NCBI RefSeq assembly: GCF_964213995.1
Contig: NC_135808.1
Location: 3,534,001 to 3,598,000, forward strand
Reading direction: 5' to 3'
Origin: Mustelus asterias
Taxonomy: Eukaryota
DNA: 64,000 bases
The translations under genes and the position numbers were made by a program. Below the pieces are notes generated by a model. It was not told where the DNA came from. It worked only from the letters and a program-made list of their open reading frames with translations, and searched no databases. This document shows, piece by piece, positions 1 through 11,275 of the stretch (positions within the stretch are counted from its first letter, which is position 1; the number at the start of each line of letters is the position of its first letter).

Positions 1-243
1 AGAAAAACAAATCTCAGTAAGATGTCAGATAGAAATGGGTAAGTGGTTTTGGTGAGATTTTTTTCTGTAAGCTCTAAGCTGGGTATTTAAGAATTTTAAT
101 GGGTGACCCAAACAGGAAGTGAATTAATAAGAGTGTAATCACAGAGCAAATCTAGAGGCATTAATTTACTGGGACAGAAGTTTAAACTGATACTCAGGAA
201 ATATAAGTATTGTATTAAATTCATAGCTTAAACACGTAATATA

Positions 244-847
244 AGAGCAGGTCAGAGGCTAGGAATACTGCGGCTAGTAACTCACCTCCTGACTCCCCAA
301 AGCCTGTCCACCATCTACAAGGCACAAGTCAGGAGTGTGATGGAATACTCCCCATTTGCCTAGATGGGTGCAGCTCCAACAACACTCAAGAAGCTCGACA
401 CCATCCAGGACAAAGCAGCCCCGCTTGATTGGTACCCCATCCACAAACATTCTCTCCCTCCACCACCGACGCTCGGTAGGAGCAGTGTGTACTATCTACA
501 TAATGCATGGTAGCAGTTCACTGAAGATCTTTAGACAGCACCTTCCAAACCCACGATCACTTCCATCTAGAAGGACAAGGACAGCAGATACATGGGAACA
601 CTACCACCAGCAAGTTCCCCTCCAAGCCACTCCCTATCCTGACTTGGAAATATATCACTGCTCCTTCACAGTCGCTGGGTAAAATCCTGGAATTCTCTCC
701 CTAATGGCATTGTGGGTCAACCCACGACACATGAACTGCAGAGTTTCAAGAAGATAGTTCACCATCACCTTCTCAAGGGCAACCAGGGATGGGCAATAAA
801 TGCTCACAAGCCAGCGACACCCATGTCCCACGAATGAATAAAAAAAC
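244..847 (+). mobile_element. CR1/L2-group LINE (family A) 3' end
   Basis: Encodes TIYKAQVRSVMEYSP..LKKLDTIQDKAA; ends in gaatgaataaaaaaa. Confidence 0.8.
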
Positions 848-964
848 ACAATCATTGAGTGATATTATAAAACTTGAAATCTAACTAATTAAACCTAATA
901 TAATAAAGATGGCAGGACACATCATCGGTTGCAGCTGTATCATGTTGGCGCTGGTGGACATCTA

Positions 965-3120
965 TTTTTAGTTTATTCTTTCATGCAGTATGGGCCTTGC
1001 TGGCTCGGTTAGTATTTATTGTCCATTGCTAATTGCCCTTGAGAAGATGGTGGTGAGCTGCCTTCTTGAATCGCTGCAGTCCCTGTGGCCTAGGTACACC
1101 CACAGTGCTGTTAGGAAGGGAGTTTTATGATGTTGGCACAGTGTCAGTGAAGGAATAGTGATATAGTTACAAGTCAAGGTGGTGAGTGGCTTGCAGGTGG
1201 TGGTGCTTCCATGTGTCTGCTGCCCTTGTGCACTGAGGTGGTAGAATTCACAGATTTTGGTGGCACTGTTGAAGGAACCTTGATGAGTTGCAGTGCATCT
1301 TGTATATGGTACACACAGCTGTCACTATGCATCAGTGGTGGAGTGAATGCCTAAGTCAAGGGGTGGGATGCCAATCGTGCAGACTCTTTTTTCTTAGATG
1401 GTACTGAGATTCTTGAGTGTTATTGGAGCTGCACTAATTCAGGCAAGTGAAGGGTATTCCATCATGCTCCTGACTTGTGCCTTGTAGATGGTGAACAAGC
1501 TTTGGGGAGTCAGGAGGTGAGTTACACACTGCAGAATTTCTAACCTCTGATCTGCTCTTGGAGCACAGTAGCTATATGGCTAATCCAGTTCAGTTTCTGG
1601 TAAATGGTAACCCCCAGGATGTTGATAGTGGGAAATTCAGTGATAGTAATTCCATTGAATGTCAAGGGGCGGTGGTTAGATTCTCTCCCTGTTGGAGGTG
1701 GTTATTGCCTGGCATTTGTGTGGTACTAGATATTGTCCATGTCTTGCTGCATTTGGACCAGGATTGGTACACTTAATATGATATAATAATAATATAACTG
1801 CTTCAGTATCTGAGGAATCATAACTGGTGCTGAGCATTGTGCAATCACCAATGAACATCCCCACTTCTGACCTTATGATTGAGGGAAGGTCATTGATAAA
1901 GGCGCTGAAAATGGCTAAGCTTAGTTCTGGAACATGTCTCAGGTATGTTCTCAGGGCCAATAGCCTTTCAACTATATCTTGATATCAATTTGACTGAAGA
2001 CTGGCATCTGTAATGCTAGGGACCTTCAGAGGAGGCCGACATGAATCTCCACTCAGCATTTCTGGCTGAAGATATTTCCAACCTTATTTTTTGCACTGAT
2101 GTGCTAGGCATCACTGACTGTGCCAACATTCATTGCCCATCCCTACTTGCCCTTGAACTGCCCTTGAACTGAGTGGCTTGCTCAACCATTTCAGTGGGCA
2201 AGGGTTTACTACATTACTGTGGATCTGGAGTCACATGTAAACTAGACTGGGTAAGGATGGCAGATTTCCTTCCCTAAAGGACATTAGTGAACTTAAATCT
2301 GATTTGTTCGTTGTGTGATCACTTAGCTCTGTCTATCACATGCTGCCTTCACTGTTTGACATGCAGGTAGTCCTGTGTTGTAGCATCACCAGGTTGACAC
2401 CTCATTTTTAGGTGTGCCAGTTGCTGCTCCCAGCATGCCTTTCTGCATCGAACCAGGGTTAATCCCCTGGCATTATGGTAATGGTAGGGTGGGGGATATA
2501 CCAGACCATGAGGTTACAGATTGTGGTTGAGCGCAATTCTGCTGCTGTCAATGGCCCTTTGCACCTCAGGGATGTCCAGTTTTGAGTTGCTCGGTCTGTT
2601 GCTAGCATTGCGTAGTGCCACACAGCACAAGATGGAGGGCATCTTCAGTCTGAAGCTGGGACTTTGTCTCCACAAGGACCCTTGTGTCAACACTACCACT
2701 ACTGTTATGGAGAAAGGCATCTGTGACAGCAAGGTTGGTGAAGATGAGGTCAAGTATATTTTTCCCTCCTGTTGATTCCCTCACCACCCAGTCAAGTCGC
2801 AATGTTTTCTGAGCAACAGCCAGCAATGCAGCTACTGAGCTACTCTTGGCTCGCACCCAGTGTACATTCTGTGCCCTTGCCCTCTCAGTGCTTCCCCCAA
2901 GTGGTGTTCAATATGGAGGAGTACTGAGTTATAAGCTGAGCGGGGGTGGTATGTGGTAATCAGTAGGAGGTTTCCTTGTCCACATTTGAAATGGTGCCAT
3001 GAGACTTCATGGGATCCAGAGTCAATGCTGAGGACTCACAGGTCAACTCCCCCCTGATTGTATACCACTGTGTCGCCACATCTGCTGGGTCTGTCCTGCT
3101 TGTGGGACAGGACATATTTA
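965..3120 (-). mobile_element. Degraded family A LINE on the reverse strand, with a related SINE-like tail at about 2120-2295
   Basis: Reverse homology to 244-847; FINDLPSIIRSEVGMF and GKNILDLIFTNL fragments. Confidence 0.75.
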
Positions 3121-3149
3121 TGCTCCTCATAATTTTGCCTACCTCTATC

Positions 3150-3850
3150 AAATACCTCTACAAAGCGTTATGAATGAAGCCCAGTCCATCACGCAAACTA
3201 GCCTCCCATCCATTGACTCTGTCTACACTTCCCACTGCCTCAGAAAGGGAGCGACCATAATCTACGAGTCCACTCCCGGACATACTCTCTTCCACCTTCT
3301 TCCATTGGGAAAAAGATACAAAAGTCTGAGGTCATGGACCTACTTTCATAGAGTACATCGGAGAGGAAAGGAGAGCGTGCACAATATGGTGTTACAGTCA
3401 TAACTAGGGTGTAGAGAACGATCAGCTTAATAAAAGGTAGGTCCATTCAAAAGTCTGATGGCAGCAGGGAAGAAGCTGTTGTTGAGTCGGGTGGTACGTG
3501 ACCTCGATCTTTTGTATCTTTTTCCTGACAGAAGAATGTGGAAGAGAGAATGTATGGGGTGGATGGAGTCTTTGATTATGGTGGCTGCTTTGCCCAGGCA
3601 GCGGGAAGTGCAGACGGAGTCAATGGATGGGAAGCTGGTTTGTGTGATGGGACTGGGCTTTGTTCACGATCATTTGCAGTTTATTGCGATGTTGGTAAGA
3701 GCAGGAGCCATACCAAACTGTGATACAGCCAGAAAGGATGCTTTCTGTGGTACATCTGTCAAAATTGGCTAAAATTGAAGCAGAAATGCTGAATTTCCTT
3801 GGCCTCCCGAGAGAGTAAAGGCATTGATGAGCTTTCTTAACTATAGTGTA
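3150..3850. mobile_element. Rex1/Babar-like LINE 3' fragments in inverted arrangement (+3150-3340 / -3345-3850)
   Basis: AQSITQTSLPSIDSVYTSHC..FHLLPxGKRYKSLRS on +; same family on -, matching 18180-18700 and 25421-26790. Confidence 0.75.
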
Positions 3851-4029
3851 GGTGTGGAGATTTAATATTGGGAAAGAGGATTATATTTTAAAAGTTTCAA
3901 ATGATGCACTGTATTTTCATTGGGCGATGATGCTCATGAAGGAAAGACCGGTTACTCTTTTTAAAAAAAATAGCCATCTTGTTTCAGGAATGCAAAATCC
4001 CCAGAGCTGCTGTTCGGGATCCTCCAGTC

Positions 4030-4870
4030 CCGATCACACATTTCCCGCCTCCCCCCCGCGCTGTGGCAGTTTGTGTTTGAAACTCAGCCCCTTCCCCGGT
4101 CAGGCGCACGCGCTGCAAACCCCAATCAGCCTCGCGCTTCCTCCCGCTCGCTGCTCCTCCGCAGCCTCGCGCTCCGTCCCGCTCGCTGCTCCTCCGCAGC
4201 CTCGCGCTCCGTCCCGCTCGCTGCTCCTCCGCAGCCTCGCGCTCCCTCCCGCTCGCTGCTCCTCCGAAGCCTCGCGCTCCCTGCCGCTCGCTGCTCCTCC
4301 GCAGCCTCGCGCTCCCTCCCGCTCGCTGCTCCTCCGCAGCCTCGCGCTCCCTCCCGCTCGCTGCTCCTCCGCAGCCTCGCGCTCCCTCCCGCTCAACACC
4401 CCCGCAGCGCCGCGCGCTCCCTCCCGCTCAACACTCCCGCAGCGCCGCGCGCTCTCTCTCTCTCTCGCGCGCCAATCCACCAATCACAATCTAACTTCCC
4501 CCCCCCCCCCCCACCCGTCTTTTCCCGCTCGCCCACCCTCCAATCAGAGCGGGGCTTTTCCCGCCCCGCGCTCGCGCTGTGACCGTTGAGGTTTGAATCT
4601 TCAACTGCCGCCCGCTCTTTAGTCTGCGCCGAGCCCTGGTCCAGAGCGGCTGTGTTCACTCTGCCGCTTTCAAAAACAAATTTAAATTCAGGGAAAACCT
4701 GTTCGCATTTGACAGAATGAAGAATATCGATTGTCGCAGCCGCAGTGAGATGAGTCGGTTGTCTGACTGAATATGAGGACCTGAGTGAAGAATGTGAGAA
4801 GAAAAAGAGACCGAATGGTCATTGAAAACAGCGGAACACGACGCCGGCAATGCAATTGCGTTGTCACCAA
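4030..4870. promoter_or_regulatory. CpG-island-like promoter region with CCAAT and GC boxes
   Basis: High CpG density compared with the flanks; CCAAT at about 4122, 4472, 4480 and 4540; cccgcccc at about 4560; no linked coding exon identified. Confidence 0.6.
4130..4450. repeat. 35-bp CpG-rich minisatellite (about 7 full units plus 2 variants)
   Basis: Unit cctcgcgctccctcccgctcgctgctcctccgcag starting at 4130, 4165, 4200 ... 4375. Confidence 0.95.
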
Positions 4871-6129
4871 ACACACAGGCAATATTCTTTAATTTATAGA
4901 TTCATTTGTTTATAATGTTTTAAGTTTCTTGTTTCTCTTTCAGGGCGCATTTTCATGTCATTCTGGGGAAACCCAGGGTCACAATTTCTCTCGAAGAGAC
5001 ATCCAGAGCGGACTTTTATGACCTCATTGCACCCGTTTTGCGGCAGGAAAATGTCGTAAAATCAGGCAAGATGCGACAAGCGGGAATGGTGTCCATGTTC
5101 CCGCCAATCCCATTTTACACCGGAAAAAAAATCAACGCGATTGTGACCCCGCCCAAAGTGGGCAAAATGTATATTTGCATCTTTTGCATTAATCACAATG
5201 TAATTAGCGAGTTTCACTCCCAATCGTCCCAGCTCACCTGCCTTATCCACCTCTTCACTGCAGCTGGAATCAGTGAGGAAAGCAACTCAAGTATAAGTCG
5301 CATTCAGAGAGCAGAGAGGGTGAGCAAGGAGGTAGGTCTCTGCTTTCAAACGGCTCTGTGCTGCTCAGGGGTGTTATCTCAGGGCAGCCATATTGTGTTT
5401 TGGGTCAGGGGATGGGGGGGCTGTGAGTATGGGGGTAGTGGGGGGCTGTCAGGTCTGAGCGCTGGCCTCGGGTCTTAGCGCTGACTCAGGGTCCTAGTGC
5501 TGGCAGCAGGTCGCACTTTTGCAGGTGGGGGATGTACTTCAAACAATCTGAAGTGGCAGTGCTGCTGCCTCAGGACCTGTCAAGCAGCACTGGGGCAGTT
5601 AGTGAATGGGTTCTGGGTGTGTGTTTTTTTGTAAATGGGGGTGCTGTGTATCCATTCTGGGGGGCTGTGGGGGGGAAGAATGGGGAATGTGTATAGCTGG
5701 GGGTCTGGGAGTGGATGTGGGAAGTGTGTGTTGCTGGGGGTCTGTCAAGGAAGGTGTGGGAAGTGTGTGTTGCTGGGAGTCTGGGGCGGGGCTGTGGGGA
5801 GTCTGTGTTGCTTGGCTGGGGGTGAGCTGAGTTCTTTAACCTCTCCATCTGTCTCTCCTTCCCCAAATCGCCCTGAGGGGGTGCAGGAGAAAGAGGGAGC
5901 GGAGACCCCGGCTGTTCCGCACGTGAGTGTCCTTTGAGCAGTGGTCGGACTTCGTGTGCCACTGACGGTTCCGAAAAGTGACAGTGCGACACCTGTGCCA
6001 TTGGTTGCAGGACCTGTCACCTTGGAGCACGGCACCCATTTCCAGTGGTTGTGAAAGTGATAGCCGTCTTAAACCTTTACGACCGGGTTCTTCCAGACCA
6101 TCAGTGGAGACCTGTGTGGCATTTCCCAA

Positions 6130-6483
6130 TCATCATAGAAATCATCATAGAAACCCTACAGTGCAGAAGGAGGCCATTCGGCCCATCGAGTCTGCACCGA
6201 CCACAATCCCACCCAGGCCCTACCCCCACATATTTTACCCGCTAATCCCTCTAACCTACACATCCCAGGACTCTAAGGGGCAATTTTTTTTTTTAACCTG
6301 GCCAATCAACCTAACCCGCACATCTTTGGACTGTGGGAGGAAACCAGAGCACCCGGAGGAAACCCACGTGTGCACGAGGAGAATGTGCAAACTCCACACA
6401 GACAGTGACCCGAGCCGGGAATCGAACCCGGGACCCTGGAGCTGTGAAGCAGCAGTGCTAACCACTGTGCTACCGTGCCGCCC
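6130..6483 (-). mobile_element. tRNA-derived V-SINE (HE1-like) inserted in the Harbinger transposase
   Basis: Reverse strand gggcggcacggtagcacagtggttagcac...gggttcgattccc (A/B boxes), V-domain gtgtggagtttgcacattctcc, CR1-like tail with (ttctatga) repeats. Confidence 0.88.
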
Positions 6484-6489
6484 TATAAG

Positions 6490-7200
6490 TGTGTGAAGGA
6501 GGTCACGGATGCCCTGTATGCCTGGGCTAGCAGGATTCTCAACCATCGCGGTGATGCCAAATGTGCAGGGGGCTATAAACTACACCCATGTCACCCTCAA
6601 GGCCTTAATCCAGGAAGATTCATGAACAGAAAGGGGTTCCATTCCACAAATGTGCAATTGGTGTGTGACCATCAGCTGAACATCATGCACATCTGCCCCA
6701 GACACCCCGGCAGCGTGCATGACAGTTTAATCGTAGTTCTGATATCCCAGAGGTCTTTGAGGAGGAGCCCATGGTCCAAGGATGGCTCATGGGGACATGG
6801 GATACCTGCTTCAGACTTGGCGATGACGCCTGTGCAGAGGCCTGAGACTGAGGTGGAGACCCCCGATATAATGAGGCCCAAGTTGCCACCTGGTCAATAA
6901 TGGAATGATGCATAAGGCTCCTCAAAATGCGGTTTAGGCACCTGGACCACTCTGGTGGGCCCTCCAGTATAGCCCCCTGATATCCCACATTGTGGTGGTG
7001 TGCTGTGCCCTATACAACCTGGCGCAGCAGCGACCAGACGTTTTGGAGGAGGAGGACTTGGAAGTTGACCAGCCGGGCATCGCTGGGGAGGAGGCTGTCC
7101 AGCAGGAGGAGGAGGACGACAGTGGGCAACATCACCCAGGCACCGGAGGGCTGGCGGCAGCAAGGATCAGGCATGCGAGGGAGGCCCTGATCACTGCGCT
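6490..7200 (+). pseudogene. Harbinger transposase (DDE_Tnp_4), frameshifted
   Basis: Motifs listed above are spread over several reading frames. Confidence 0.85.
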
Positions 7201-9550
7201 CTGGTCACTCGAGGCCTGTGTTGCCACATCTGGGTTCCATTCAAACCCTGGACTCCCAACAATCTCCTACAACATTGTAACACCAGAGTGGTGGGCCTGT
7301 GTAGGCAAGTTTCTGTGGCAGGCAGGAGGGTGATGACGACTCGCCATTGTGACGATGCCCTGGTGCAAACTAGTCTGACTCCAACATGAGCTCCGCATGC
7401 ATGTTGGCATCGCGACCACGTCTGGGTGGTGGGTAAGGAAGCAATAAACCCTCATGCAGGGCTCTGGGTGGGGTGGGGGAGGGGAGGTAATCTCTCGTGA
7501 GTTCTGGGGATGCCATGACAGATGCTGTAAGTCGCTGCCAATGCATGCCACCTACTGTAGCCAGTGAATTATTTGAATGCCTTCATTTTCTTCGTGGCAG
7601 TGCATTGAGGGGCCTCCCCCACTGACATCAATGTCAGGCGACTGTTGGGGTAAGTACATTCCTGTTAGAGGCTGATCAGAGACAAATTACTCAAGTGTGG
7701 GGTGAAATAACATTTATTTGCACCAATAAAAGTGTTTTCAAGATAAATGATAACATAAAAACATGAACATGAGGCTTTAAAGTGCCTAAATATTCTATTT
7801 ACCAAGTGTTGCCCTTCATCCATGCTATCTTAGTGACTCTACAACTTCTTAACTTAATGTGGCCTACTACGCCTCAGTGTCTCCCCAGGTTATTCAGAGG
7901 TGGCCAGCTCTCTACCGCGCCTCCCATTGCCTTTGATGCCCTTGGCGATTGTCTTCTGAAGGGCCTGGATCTTGAGGGCCCTGGCCGGCTTCCAGGTTGT
8001 GGAGATGCCAGCATTGGACTGGGATGGGCACAGTAAGTAGTCTCACAACACCAGGTGCCAGGGATGTATCTTTATCCTGTTGCCCCTGAGATGCCCCGGT
8101 GTGAGGAAAGGGGGAGTCACAAGGTATAGCCACAGCTGCAGTCTCCTGGGTGGAAGGCCCTGGCATGGCTCGAGCTCTTCCTCCTCCCTTGGGGTCCTGT
8201 GGGCCCCTGGGTCAGTCCATGGGACGGCAGTGCTTCTGCAGTGAGCTCCAGAAGCTCTAGCATCACCTGGCCCTGCCGGTCCTGGAGGACCACCTGCGTT
8301 CTTGCCATGGTGGCCAAGCCCTCTGCGATGGTCCTCTGAGTCGGGGGCCACCTGTTAATCGCAGCAGCAAGTGCTCTCTGAGACTGGGCCATGCTCTGCA
8401 GTCCCTCAGTCATGACCCTCTGTGACTGGGCCATGTTCTCAAAGGCTGTTGCCATAGCCTGCTGTGTCTCAGCGCTTTCCCGCTAGGTCTCTGCAAGTTC
8501 TGCAGCCTCTCAGCCATGACCCTCGGTGATTGGGCCACGTCCTCAAAGACTGCAGCCATAGTCCGCTGTATCTCAGCACTGTCCTACTGGGTCTCTTGAA
8601 AGCTCTCCAGCCTCTCAACCATGGGCTGCAGAATCTCGACAAGCCTGTTGAAGCCCTCAGCTGTAGCCTGCTGTGCCTCAGCCGTGGCCTGCTGTGCCTC
8701 GGCCATTGCTTGGACCCTGCCACTCATGGTGAGGATTTCCTGCTCCAGGAAGATAGGCAGTCAGTGCAGGATGAAATGGCCTCCAGAAAGGCAGTGCCCA
8801 GATTTTCTGAATTTGATCTCCAGGTTGCTGGAGGCATTGGAGGCAAGGCGGGACACCCTCTTCCCCCCAGCAGTATGCTGTCCCAGGGGAAGCGATGGAA
8901 ATGCAGCCTGGGAGGCGGTGGCTGCAAGAGGGTGTCCCACTTTACCTCCACTGTCTCCAACAACCTGGCCAGATCAGATTCAGAAAATCTGGTGCTGTCT
9001 TCCGGGAGGCCATTTCTTCCTGCACTGCCTGCCTGTCTGTCCATCCTTCAGGTTAATATGGAGCTAACCCTTGTTAGGGCAGATCAGCATGGTGAGGATC
9101 TCCTGGCCCCATCGCAGATGCCACCCATGCAGTGTTGGCCTGGGAACCACGCAAGACAGGCAATATCTGGTCCGACTGAAAGCTTTGGGACTCCTCTCAA
9201 CAGCCTCGTAGTCAGCCCAGTGTTGTTGTCAGTCCCTTCTGTGTCTGTGTTGCTGCATCCCCAGCAGCTGAGGGAGAAGCTAAACTTAGAGGCCCAGCAT
9301 GTAGCCTGGGGACAGCTGAGTCCTCCACTTGCAGGCCCCTGCGTGCCAGAGCCTCAGACATTCCCTCCTCCACCTGATGTACATTGGAAGATGTGTCACG
9401 TGCACCAGAGAGTGACCCAGATGCCTCGCCACTAACTTGAACCACTGATGTGAGAGTCTCTGGGAAGGTGAATTGTGAGGTGGAAGCTGATGCAAAACTG
9501 GTGCCAGCCTCGGAGGTCCCTTCATCGGCTTCCTCCAAGGAGTCTTCCAA

Positions 9551-11188
9551 AGTAACAGGGTAGTTGTACTGGGGGACTTTAACTTTACAAATATTGACTG
9601 GAAAAGCTATAGTTCGAGTACTTTAGAGGGGACGGTTTTTGTCCAGTGTGTGCAGGAAGGCTTCCTGACGCAGTATGTAGATAGACCAACAAGAGGCGAG
9701 GCCACATTGGATTTGGTACTGGGGAATGAACCAGGCCAGGTGTTAGATTTGGAGGTAGGTGAGCACTTTGGTGACAGTGACCACAATTCAATTACGTTTA
9801 CTTTAGCAGTGGAAAAGGATAGGTATACACCAAAGGGCAAGAGTTATAGCTGGGGGAAAGGAAATTATGATGCGATTAGGCGAGATTTAGCTGGCATAGG
9901 TTGGGGAAGGAAACTCCAGGGGATGGGCACAATTGTAATGTGGAACTTGTTCAAGGAACAGCTACTACGCGTCCTTGATAAATATGTACCTGTCAGGCAG
10001 GGAGGAAGCAGACGTGTGAGGGAACCGTGGTTTACTAAGGAGGTTGAATCTCTTGTGAAGAGGAAGAAGGAGACTTATGTTAAGATGAGATGTGAAGGCT
10101 CAGTTAGGGTGCTTCAGAGTTACAAGTTAGCCAGGAAGGACCTAAAGAAAGAGTTAAGAGGAGCCAGGAGGGGACATGAGAAATCTTTGGCAGATAGGAT
10201 CAAGGAAAACCCTAAAGCTTTCTATAGGTATGTCAGGGGTAAAAGAATGACTAGGGTAAGCTTAGGGCCAGTCAAGGACAGGAGTGGGAAGTTGTGCGTG
10301 GAGTCTGAAGAGGTAGGAGAGGGACTAAATGAATATTTTTCGTCGGTATTCACACTGCAGAGGGACGGTGTTGTTGAGGGGAGTACTGAGATGCAGGCTG
10401 TTGGACTGGATGGGATTGATGTTCATAAGGAGGAGGTGTTAGCAATTCTGGAAAGGGTAAAAATAGATAAGTCCCCTGGGCCGGATGGGATTTATCCTAG
10501 GATTCTCTGGGAGGCTAGAGAGGAGATTGCAGAGCCTTTGGCTTTGATCTTTGTGTCGTCATTGTCTACAGGAACAGTGCCAGAAGACTGGAGGATAGCA
10601 AATGTTGTCCCCTTGTTCAAGAAGGGGAGTAGGGACAACCCTGGTAATTATAGACCGGTGAGCCTTACTTCTGTCGTGGGCAAAGTATTGGAAAGCATTA
10701 TAAGAGATAGGATTTATAATCACCTAGAAAGGAATACTTTGATTAGGAATAGTCAGCACGGTTTTGTGAAGGGTAGGTCGTGCCTCACAAACCTTATTGA
10801 GTTCTTTGAGAAGGTGACCAAAGAGGTGGATGAGGGTAAAGCGGTTGATGTGGTGTATATGGATTTCAGCAAAGCATTTGATAAGGTTCCCCATGGGAAG
10901 CTTTTGCAGAAAATACGGACACATGGGATTGAGGGTGATTTAGTGGTTTGGATCAGGAATTGGCGAGCTGTAAGAAAACAAAGGGTGGTGGTTGATGGGA
11001 AATATTCATCCTGGAGTTCAGTTACTAGTGGTGTACGGCAAGGATCTGTTTTGGGGCCACTGCTGTTTGTCATTTTTATTAATGACTTGGATGAGGGCGT
11101 GGAAAGATGGATTAGTAGATTTGCGGATGACACTAAAGTCGGTGGAGTTGTAGACAGTGCGGAGGGAAGTGGCAGGTTACAGAGGGAG
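9551..11188 (+). mobile_element. CR1 LINE ORF2 fragment (EN end and RT)
   Basis: 527-aa ORF with [31 protein letters not shown]; near-identical to 36470-38105. Confidence 0.95.
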
Positions 11189-11236
11189 TCTCACAACACC
11201 AGGTTAAAGTCCAACAGGTTTATTTGGTTGTAAATA

Positions 11237-11275
11237 CCATAAGCTTTCGGAGCGTGCTGCTCCTTCGTCAGATGG
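11237..11275 (-). ncRNA. Minimal type I hammerhead motif on the - strand (also - 34225-34261, 49404-49440, 59169-59205, 59541-59575)
   Basis: Reverse complement of the same core: CTGANGA..GAAAGCTT. Confidence 0.72.

Larger units (their letters stand above)
5007..9550 (+). mobile_element. Decayed PIF/Harbinger DNA transposon, truncated on the right by a CR1
   Basis: HARBI1-type transposase remnants on + (NRKGFHSTNVQLVCDH...HPGSVHDS; MTPVQRPET; LKMRFRHLD; VCCALYNLA; about 6490-7200) and a convergent Myb/SANT-type second gene with coiled-coil repeats on - (about 7900-9550); the left boundary is approximate. Confidence 0.8.

Noticed and set aside
3852-4589. 245-aa and 169-aa repetitive ORFs
   Set aside because: Translations of the 35-bp minisatellite, open in several frames
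6380-6483. tRNA gene
   Set aside because: It is the tRNA-derived head of a V-SINE with a continuous SINE body and tail
8530-9435. 301-aa ORF as a host gene
   Set aside because: Mostly antisense to decayed Harbinger Myb-gene sequence plus the hairpin; no coherent domain
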